From Paraphysomonas bandaiensis (taxonomy: Eukaryota > Protista > Chrysophyceae), in assembly GCA_965644295.1 (NCBI GenBank), contig CBFFRP010000462.1, forward strand, positions 1 through 12,680: a DNA stretch of 12,680 nucleotides, in the 5' to 3' direction. Each line of letters starts with the position of its first letter. The first letter of the stretch is position 1. Made by a program: the position numbers and the translations under genes. The notes under the pieces were generated by a model. The model did no database searches. It saw nothing but the letters and a program-made list of their open reading frames with translations, and was not told the DNA's origin. Shown here one piece after another: positions 1-7,886 of this stretch.

Positions 1-1664
1 CGCCTGCAAGAAGTAGCTTTTCATTCTTGCTTGTTTCTGTTTTCTTATTATGAGCTATAACGTAATTAGTGCAATACCTCCATATATTTGACATGTTTCT
101 TTGTTCTGATATGTCTTTATCACTCTTTCTATATATCCATCCACAAAACAATTTCGACAGTGATGACGCTATTGTGTTGTGTAGATTAGATAGCGTTGTT
201 AGTATAGTGGCGCGTTGTTTTCTACTCTTAACTATAATAACGACGATGGCATTTAGGCGTTGGCAATTCATACTTTTAAAACTCTATATTATAAATATTT
301 ATTTCAGCCAGATTATTTTACTATAAAATGCCAATGCCAAAATGTCAATTTATAAATAGGATATTAGTAATCGAAATAATATAAGAAGAATTATTAATAT
401 AGATATACATAAAAGATATATAAAAAAGATTGATATTACATTAATATAAAACATTCAGAATAATATACCAGGCTCCCTCCGGATCTAAAGATCCTCCCCC
501 CTGGTCGCAAATTGCTCCGCAATTCGGGCGTTCTAATTATTCTTGTTTATTTTATGGGAAAATAATAAGGTATAGATTTTAGGGATTCGATTTAACGGAC
601 CCATTGCCTGCAAGCGGAGCGTATAAGCCATCCCGCTTTTTTTTTTCCCTCTTGATATAGCTGTAATTTTCCTCCATAAGATTCCTTACCTAATTACCAC
701 AAAGTGATCATTCGGTACACAAGCTTAAAGTCAAGTCTAGGAATAACTTCTTTCTATTTCCTATTTCATGTAGGGGCAAACAATAAGATCATTTTACTAA
801 CAAATCAGTGGCGGAAAAAATGAACCACTGTCAAAAACATGTTACAATGACACTGCATATTACAAGTTCGGAATAAACGAATAAACAACTGTGCTATGAA
901 TGCTTGTTTGGGCTATTCGTAGGAATATGCTTTAGGTGGTTGAATCAAATGCTCTATGTGATACACATATATATGCGAAGCATACTAAATGCATATGTTA
1001 CATGCATTGTTGAGTATTGCGATTTTAAAGTTTTATTATTTTAACTGTCACTTGAATAACACAGCAGCAAAGGCAGAACTATATGAAATATAACAATAAG
1101 CAATGAGAAAGTTCAGACAAACTAAAACATTATACTGAGAGCATAAAAGAATTGATAACACGGATTGGTAGTTGATATGATATAAGAATAGCAAACTATA
1201 ATGAACGGCATATGATACTTATTTTAATTTCAATTATTATTGATTATTACTGTAAGTAAGCTCAATGCTCAGTTTTTTAAGTTTTAACCATCCTCGTGTC
1301 AAATACAGATATGCATAATTTTAACAATTATAATTCTTACTTGGAAGTGCCTATATCTGAGAATTAAGCATGCTTTACTCCTCAGCAAAGTTGGACTCGC
1401 ACACTTTTGTGGTGTTCTGAGGGATAAGGAGATATTTCTAACGTGAGCCTCATATATATAGTCAGCAGATAATTTTCTGTCCACTCATAGCCAAAAGATT
1501 TTTTCGTTTAAGAGACGCTAATCAGCGTCACTTACTTGTGTAGACCTCATTGGACCTTGATGAAGAAACAGACATCCGGGAATGGCCCCACCTCAAAGAG
1601 GCATTCGGGATATTGGGATGCCTACTGAAGTCAAGCATCTGGGCTGTTCACCATTAGGACAGAG

Positions 1665-1736
1665 AGCGAAAGTTGTTGCATCTTGGTGCTTGCGGTGACG
1701 CACAAGCAGCTTCCGTTGCGCTAGATAGTAGGGTAT
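1665..1736 (+). repeat. Copy 1 of dispersed structured / PBS-like motif
   Basis: 59/70 identical, ungapped, to 2871-2940 (compared from 1667). Core consensus GTTGCAYCWTGGTGCTYGYRGYGAYGCACAAGCAG. Confidence 0.9.
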
Positions 1737-1928
1737 ATATCAAAGTTAAGCACTCTAGATACAATGTCATCACATACATTTCATTTTCGCCATCAAACGA
1801 GAATAGGGTAGTTTCTCGTGACCAAATCCGGTGAAGTTCGACAGCGAACCCGACAATCATAGAGTAGGTAAGGATGTCGTCAGGGGTATCCAAAAAGCGG
1901 CACTGCCATTGAAGGAGTTTTTTCTTCT

Positions 1929-2230
1929 TGTGATTCTCAGCGCTATCACTCACAGCATATATATGAAGATCTCGAGATGTCCTGCAGATCATAGAGTAAG
2001 TTATTCCCACAGCTTCATGGATCCCTCCTACCTCCTTCCCATAACACTCACAGGGGACCCATTGCTATATATATAAGCAGGATCAATAGTCATACACGTA
2101 CACGAACACCTGTGTTAAGTAGATATGTATATATATATGAGCTTATTGTTATGTTTGAATGTTTGTTTTGATACCCTGTAAGCCACTAATATATTGTGTT
2201 GTGTGATATCGTATCTTAGACACAGTCACA
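1929..2230 (+). mobile_element. Possible solo-LTR-like relic
   Basis: TGTGAT...GTCACA termini with a central TATATATATAAG box near 2066-2077. No target-site duplication found. Confidence 0.2.
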
Positions 2231-2267
2231 GCAGTGTGTAATATGTGTAATCAATAAATATAAGAAC

Positions 2268-2356
2268 GACTATAGGTTGAATACCAAAATTGATTAGGTT
2301 ATTCCACCAAAAATAGTGTGCCTAAGTAATTCAATCAATAGACTATAGGTTGAATA
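2268..2356. repeat. 16-bp perfect direct repeat GACTATAGGTTGAATA
   Basis: 2268-2283 and 2341-2356, each with AATCAATA upstream (2249 and 2333). Confidence 0.85.
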
Positions 2357-2868
2357 ATATTTCCCTTTCTTTTTACTAGCCATAGATTTATCCTTCAACC
2401 GCTCTATTCTGCAGCCAAACAAATGCTCCAAGATCACAGTGGGCGTTATGCTGCTGCCACCCAGAGAGAGCCTCAGAGACTCCCCCCTGGACCGCGGCAG
2501 CGACGTAGACACCACGACGGCCCCCCAGCATTAATATGCGATTTAAATTGAGAAACTCCCAGCGAAAGCCACGGATTCTCCGCTTACTACGCGTACAGCG
2601 GAGACCTAATGCGGTCCCGTCTTCCACTTCCGCCACCCCCGCCTTAGCAGCAGAGACGCCACAACGCCAACTTTGTCAGCTACTCCTCTGTCCAAGGCCC
2701 AACTCGCAGGAGCCCAAATATACCCCTCGTCCATGTATCTCAGGTAAAGAACACTTGACTCACTGATACAGAGTCCCGAGGAGCCCTATCCTAACGGACG
2801 TCCTCCTGACCGAACCTTCTGTCCCTAACGGACTGATGTCTGCAGAGAGCCTCTCCCTCACACATAAG

Positions 2869-2940
2869 AACGAAAGTAGTTGCACCTTGGTGCTTGTGGC
2901 GACGCACAAGCAGCTTCTGTAGCGTTAATTTGTAGGATAT
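2869..2940 (+). repeat. Copy 2 of dispersed structured / PBS-like motif
   Basis: See copy 1. The upstream CTCACACATAAGA also resembles CTCACACTAAGA upstream of copy 3. Confidence 0.9.
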
Positions 2941-3244
2941 GAGAATTTGCACTAGTTAGTTACTGGTAGAGGTCGATCTAGCTTGACTAGTCTTCATCTA
3001 ACTACTTATCTGGTTTTGATTCTTGACGCCTACTGCTAATAATAAGACTTTCACACGTCATAGATTTAGTGATAAACTGTTTCTCATCTCTACTATTTTC
3101 TACACACAGGCATCGGCTATGAGCATAAACCCATCAGCGATTGCAGTATATCACATTCATTACAAAACTTTGATCAACAGTGTAACAAGATTACCCATAT
3201 GCTAATATCACCAACTTCACCATTGTTAACTCACGGTCTCTAGC

Positions 3245-3711
3245 TTACAATTCATCTTCCGCAGATTTATATTCCGGGATATTCATTGCCACCTGCTGCG
3301 TAATTCCAGGAGTGTCCACACCTTGTATGCATGACACACAAGATTTGAATCGAATCATCAAGAAGAGTGGTAAACAACCAATCTTTTCCACATCGATATG
3401 AGCATCGGTTGGAATAAGGGACTGTATCTGTGACTTGAAGTTATCTATCGCAACATTAGCGATAAGAAGTCTAGTTTCACATCCATCATAATCCAAAAAC
3501 AATCTTTGGAATGTTGGCATCACCGCTTCGCACCGCCCACACCAATCCTGATGACAATCAATGACTGCGGGCAGAGTGAGTTGAGTGAACACAGAAAAGA
3601 AGGGAAACCTCACTTACCCACAAGTTTTTCATCACTTGCCTCAATTACAGAATTCCAAGTAGATTCATCTGTAATTTCTACACAATAATTGCTAATATCA
3701 TTCCTCGCCAT
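3245..3711 (-). CDS. Thioredoxin-like protein, TRX_NDPK / NME8-NME9 / outer-arm dynein light chain type; 2 exons (3711-3618, 3564-3245), 137 aa
   Basis: Removing the 53-nt intron 3617-3565 gives 94+320=414 nt in frame: MARNDISNYCVEITDESTWNSVIEASDEKLVVIDCHQDWCGRCEAVMPTFQRLF...GCLPLFLMIRFKSCVSCIQGVDTPGITQQV...EDEL*. WCGxC active site, CxP-FL and G-x-D/N-x-P motifs resemble the NME8/9 thioredoxin domain (recognised from memory). The track ORF 3245..3613 starts inside the intron. Confidence 0.9.
3565..3617 (-). other. Spliceosomal intron (53 nt) in the thioredoxin CDS
   Basis: Donor G|GTAAGT at 3617, pyrimidine-rich body, acceptor CCGCAG| at 3565; splicing restores the frame (KLV-V-IDC). Confidence 0.9.
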
Positions 3712-3772
3712 TTCTACTACTCAGACTTTATATTCTGTAATATCAATAACCTTCTGCTGTACACCTGTGGAT

Positions 3773-3827
3773 CTGCAGCACGCATGCAACAAAGATTATA
3801 TTCATGAATGTGCGATATGTAACCTAC
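3773..3827 (-). other. Probable 5'-UTR intron (55 nt) of the thioredoxin gene
   Basis: TAG|GTAGGT donor at 3827 and TGCAG| acceptor at 3773; same size class as the coding intron. An in-frame TGA four codons before the ATG at 3711 argues against a coding extension. Confidence 0.5.
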
Positions 3828-4092
3828 CTAATCGCGTGTCAGGAGTGATAAGTTCAGTTCGTGTTGAATCGTGTTAAAGTAGACCGCGCTGCTGTGGATG
3901 ATGCTCACCGGTGTGCTCTGCTGTGTTAGCATTTCATGTCTAGATGTTACCCCACTTTGCTTGTATCAAAAATGAAACGGCAAAAAATGCAAAAAACAGA
4001 AATAGGGGTTTTTGGTGAATAACAGGGTTTTGGTGGGCACTGGTATGGGACTGTTTTTTGTGGGGGCCCCGATTTATGAGGTTTGTAGGAAT

Positions 4093-4143
4093 TTTGTGTA
4101 GACGATTCACAAAGTCCAGAAGTGTCGCAAAAAAACGACACTT
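4093..4143. promoter_or_regulatory. Two adjacent inverted repeats in the divergent promoter region between the thioredoxin and CR genes
   Basis: TTTGTG(4093-4098)/CACAAA(4108-4113) and AAGTGTCG(4120-4127)/CGACACTT(4136-4143). Function unknown. Confidence 0.3.
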
Positions 4144-4328
4144 TTTGTGTTTTTCGTGTTTGTGTCAGTTGTGGAAGTCATTCATTTACAGTTTTCTTGG
4201 AGCTTTATGTGTACATTTTCGTACCGTTCATTTAAACATCTGTCATGTGCTCTCTATGCGCATCGGTGTCAACTTGTTATGCATATATATAATATTGTTG
4301 ACGTCATATGAACACACGGATGTAAAGA

Positions 4329-6578
4329 ATGGAGAGTTTGTGTGTGGTGGATGGGTGTGTATGCTTCAATTATTTTGAGGATATTCATAGTAAGGTTTGT
4401 GAGTGTCAACACTACAGAAGCAAACACAGAAGAAACCAACCATACCAACCATTCGTCGATGATTCAAACATGAGGGAACTCAGTGAAGCACTTAAATCTA
4501 TTGATTTAAATGAAGACGCAGTATCAAATCAAGCTTTCGCGCGCTACCAACGAGTTGGTGTTTCTCTCCAGCTCGAGACGCCTGTGGTGGAACTGCGACA
4601 GAGAATAATTGAAGAACGAAAGAATCCAAGCACGACACCCCCCTTCTATTTTATAGATGCATCATCTGGATCAGGAAAGACCCAGTTAGCGTTTGCATTA
4701 GCGAACGACGAATTGAGAGTGATACACCTCCTGCTTTCACTTGACGAACGTAATTCTCTACAACCTGTGTATCGGGCGTTTATAGAGTTGTCAGAGCTCT
4801 TTATATTTTCTCTTGAGAGCGACATTGACACATTGGGGACTGAAACTGATGCAATTGAAGTGCAGAATTTGGTCTCGTGTTCCCACAAACTCCTTGTTGT
4901 AAAATTTATTGCGGAGGTATTAGGCCTCAATATAGGTACAGGCAGCACAGTCCTCTCTCTCAAAAAATGCATCAGTAGAACGAAACTGGGAAAAATACCA
5001 GTGTTTGTGTTAGATGAAGTTCTATCAAATAAAATTGGTGGGAAATTGGACCCCAACTCCCGGGAGATTAGAAGATTTCGGCTTGCTAGAAATATCTTTA
5101 GATCAGTGGGAATAGATGTGATATTGATGGGCACGAATTCCTGTGCTGCCAATTTTGTCTTAGCTTCTTGCCATAGTCGTGGCTCAACAGATAATGTACC
5201 TTGGTGTAGACTCATCACAAAGTTACCGTCACAAACCTCAGTCTCGATTGGAATTCTGGGTGCAACCGATGCGTTGCGTACATTGGGACGTAATCGAAAT
5301 GGTCGACTGCGCCACCAATCCCTGTGCCATTTCTTTGAGGAGCAATTTAAAACTTGTTTGCCGTGGTTTATTGAACTTTTTGCACTAGTAGTCAACGGAA
5401 TGGATGACGTGACTCTAAAAGATTCTACACATATTGTTTTCGACAAAATATTGAAGAACATCGCTGAGAAAGTGTATTCACAGAAGCCCAATATGCGCTC
5501 TTTGCAGGGACTACGCGGTCAAATTTGCATGCACTTGGGTCCTCATCGTGACCCTGTGCCGAAGGCATCCATCGTCGAAGATGTTGTTGCTCGAAGAAAC
5601 ACATCTTATTTTGTTTCTTGCCACTTGGCTTGCCCAACCGATGACTCCTGTGATCTATTCGTACAGGAAAAGCGCATATGGAAGTCGGTTACTGAGCAAT
5701 GGCAACCGCGGGCATATTTTCGTAGTCCAGTGGATGATTCTCTTTTGTTTCTTGTTTTAGGTGGAGGAAACAAGAATATCAATTTCCCGTGGCCTTTTGA
5801 ATACACTGTTGGTGCCAATAAAAGAAAATTGACTGTTCACGAAGCTATCAACCGAATTCTGTCAGAATACGACCAACACAGGGCACAAACTGAGATTTGC
5901 TTGGCGAATAGTGAGGCTCCTCGCCGCGACGGTGATACATTGGAGGTGCTTGCTGGACTATCCATGGAAATAGCTTCGCACTGCAATGGCTTGGGAGGGT
6001 CGCGTATTATGGAGTTTATAAAAGACATGGCAACTGAGTTGATGCCTTGTGCGACTGATTTTGAATGGGCTGGGGACACATATACATTTCCCAATAAGTT
6101 TGCGGATATTAGAGTACCTTATTTATCACCTCTTAATGGACCTTGGCCGAGGGAGTTGAGTTTAGTCAGTGGAGTGCGCGTGGCAACGATAGAACGAGTT
6201 AAAAATGCTGACAGAATTGACTTGAATATCAAGGAGTCTGGTATTAGTGGTGAAGCAAAAAACTATGAAAACCGTATTGATGTAGTAACTATACGGAGTA
6301 TTTTAAAACGTGTTCCTGAGAATGGGAGGGTGCATTTTGTCTTTTGTTCGTCTTTGCAGAAGTCATACTTCCAAAAGACTGGAAAGAAGTCACAGTCGTG
6401 GACAGATTTTTGTGACGTTTGTCCTGCAATGAAAATGACCAATGTTGTCAAGCTGCAAGTGTCAAATAAACGGCAACTTAGCTTAGTTTCTCTCTCTTCT
6501 AATATTCCTCTTCGCAAACAGATAACCAGAGTAGTTGTTTTTATCGCTGTGGAAGACATGAAGAGTAGTGTACGTTAA
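4329..6578 (+). CDS. Crinkler (CRN/CR)-type protein: Cys/His header + P-loop NTPase + probable PD-(D/E)xK restriction-endonuclease-like domain, 749 aa, intronless
   Basis: Walker A PFYFIDASSGSGKTQLAF (4659-4682), Walker B VFVLDE (5001-5018) and RLARNIFRSVGIDVILMGTNS, as I recall them from oomycete CRN NTPase modules. C-terminal GDTLE...RIDL...GEAKNY fits an E...D...ExK nuclease active site (D at 6219, ExK at 6252-6260). Confidence 0.8.
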   Translation: MESLCVVDGCVCFNYFEDIHSKVCECQHYRSKHRRNQPYQPFVDDSNMRELSEALKSIDLNEDAVSNQAFARYQRVGVSLQLETPVVELRQRIIEERKNPSTTPPFYFIDASSGSGKTQLAFALANDELRVIHLLLSLDERNSLQPVYRAFIELSELFIFSLESDIDTLGTETDAIEVQNLVSCSHKLLVVKFIAEVLGLNIGTGSTVLSLKKCISRTKLGKIPVFVLDEVLSNKIGGKLDPNSREIRRFRLARNIFRSVGIDVILMGTNSCAANFVLASCHSRGSTDNVPWCRLITKLPSQTSVSIGILGATDALRTLGRNRNGRLRHQSLCHFFEEQFKTCLPWFIELFALVVNGMDDVTLKDSTHIVFDKILKNIAEKVYSQKPNMRSLQGLRGQICMHLGPHRDPVPKASIVEDVVARRNTSYFVSCHLACPTDDSCDLFVQEKRIWKSVTEQWQPRAYFRSPVDDSLLFLVLGGGNKNINFPWPFEYTVGANKRKLTVHEAINRILSEYDQHRAQTEICLANSEAPRRDGDTLEVLAGLSMEIASHCNGLGGSRIMEFIKDMATELMPCATDFEWAGDTYTFPNKFADIRVPYLSPLNGPWPRELSLVSGVRVATIERVKNADRIDLNIKESGISGEAKNYENRIDVVTIRSILKRVPENGRVHFVFCSSLQKSYFQKTGKKSQSWTDFCDVCPAMKMTNVVKLQVSNKRQLSLVSLSSNIPLRKQITRVVVFIAVEDMKSSVR

Positions 6579-6644
6579 TTACAAGCTGTACGTGCATTGA
6601 ACATTGTTTCCTCTATTGCGGTGGTATGCCGGTAAAGAGTTAGG

Positions 6645-6980
6645 GTTAGCTTGAAATCCTGTATACTGCTGGGTGCACGTATACTGATATAGTTTGTGGT
6701 TTTAGCATCTGTTGTGCATTTTTTACCACCATCAGGGTCACTCACTGCACACTGTAATGCACCATAGAATTGAGACTATCATTAACACCAGCATGTTAGT
6801 GAGACACCAAGGCCTCTGCATCAGTTTCACTCAACCCAAAAGCTATGCCTATGTTTCAATTTGTTCTTCATTGGCATTAGCAATTGATGGGTCTAACCCT
6901 CCTAGCATAAGCCTAAGGGTCCTTCTTACTGAATCTAATGTAACAGACTCGCGTAGTTTGTTAAGAGTCTCCTCATCCAT
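6645..6980 (-). pseudogene. Decayed ORF, possibly a retroelement gag start
   Basis: ATG at 6980 gives MDEETLNKLRESVTLDSVRRTLRLMLGGLDPSIANANEEQIET*A*LLG, then after a frameshift LSETDAEALVSH*HAGVNDS... Protein-like composition; the family is not recognised, and gag is inferred only from position downstream of the LTR/PBS-like motif. Confidence 0.3.
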
Positions 6981-7518
6981 GATAATAATAATATAATCAA
7001 CACACAATGAATATAATGATAACTACAGCTACTATGCTATCTACAAGCAATTTTCAGAGTGAAGAAATTGCATCTTATTATCAATAATTAATATGTATAC
7101 TACCTACGATTCCGTGATCAATGGAATGAACATCATTCATATTCAATACCAAACACATCAGTCTAACACAGTTGATCATAATAACTCATTACAACTGTAT
7201 AAGGGAAGATACATTCAGTATTCTCATTGTAGTTGAAGCCTGGTATTCGTACTCCTAAGTACAATCAATCCCCAATAAGCACTGAAGGAAATACGTAATG
7301 TATAACTGTATTACTGGATAATCTGGCAATACACATCTATCAGCGTGGATATCAAACCCAGAATTCTCCAGTAAACTTCTCCAGCCTTAAAGTCAATATA
7401 TATATATATAATAAGAACATATATATATATCATCCATCATCATTATGTCTCATTATTGATAATCATGTCTTTCTTTGTCTTTTGAATGATTATGTAAATA
7501 TCAATGATAAGCATGAAT

Positions 7519-7831
7519 TGTCATAGTCATAATATATCATATATCTTATATGAAAGTCTGATTATTACATGAGTACGGTTGCGTACAGAAACTAGTTTAT
7601 GTCTATAGACTAGCTAATAACTAGATTTGCTATATACTACTAGTGGCGGGCAACCGTCTCGGGACTGCTTGTGCATCGCTGCGAGCACCATGGTGCAACC
7701 TCATATATCTTAGTGTGAGTTATGGCAATAATAATAATATTCAATCTATGTTGCACAGATAGTATGTACAAACTTAAGCATATACAATAGAGAGCTTGTA
7801 GAATAGAATAACCTGATAGCTGGTTATTACA
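7519..7831 (-). mobile_element. 3' LTR of the gypsy element; start 7831 well supported, end ambiguous (7694 ...GGTTGCA, 138 bp, or 7519 ...TATGACA, 313 bp)
   Basis: TG directly after the PPT. Both candidate ends finish in CA with imperfect inverted termini (TGTAA/TTGCA or TGTAATA/TATGACA). A TATATA box near 7631-7636 lies inside the long version. Confidence 0.6.
7650..7699 (-). repeat. Copy 3 of dispersed structured / PBS-like motif, in or directly after the gypsy LTR
   Basis: Reverse complement GTTGCACCATGGTGCTCGCAGCGATGCACAAGCAG is 30/35 identical to the copy 2 core. Confidence 0.85.
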
Positions 7832-7842
7832 CTATCCCCTCC
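7832..7842 (-). other. Polypurine tract (PPT) of the gypsy element
   Basis: GGAGGGGATAG about 45 nt after the integrase stop, directly followed by TGTAATAACC. Confidence 0.75.
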
Positions 7843-7886
7843 AGCAGTCGCATACGCCAGTATGCGGAACGAAGTTCACTGCGACC

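Noticed and set aside
69-2766. Short ORFs (60-120 aa) in the left part of the window
   Set aside because: No recognisable domains, many use non-ATG starts, and they overlap on both strands in repeat-like DNA.
2813-2926. Hammerhead-like CTGATG...CGAAA before motif copy 2 (and CTGAAG...CGAAA at 1625-1671)
   Set aside because: Core is CUGANGU rather than CUGANGA, stem II cannot close, stem I and the NUH site are out of register, and copy 3 lacks it.
1537-3106. Single element bounded by TGTGTAGA...TCTACACA with motif copies 1 and 2 as paired LTRs
   Set aside because: No TSD, and similarity between the two copies is limited to about 70 bp.
3721-3723. In-frame TGA upstream of the thioredoxin ATG as selenocysteine/readthrough
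   Set aside because: Not at the active site, no upstream in-frame start after splicing, and no SECIS recognised.
4646-5491. 281-aa antisense ORF and other short ORFs overlapping the 749-aa gene
   Set aside because: Shadow frames of the real CDS; no recognisable motifs.
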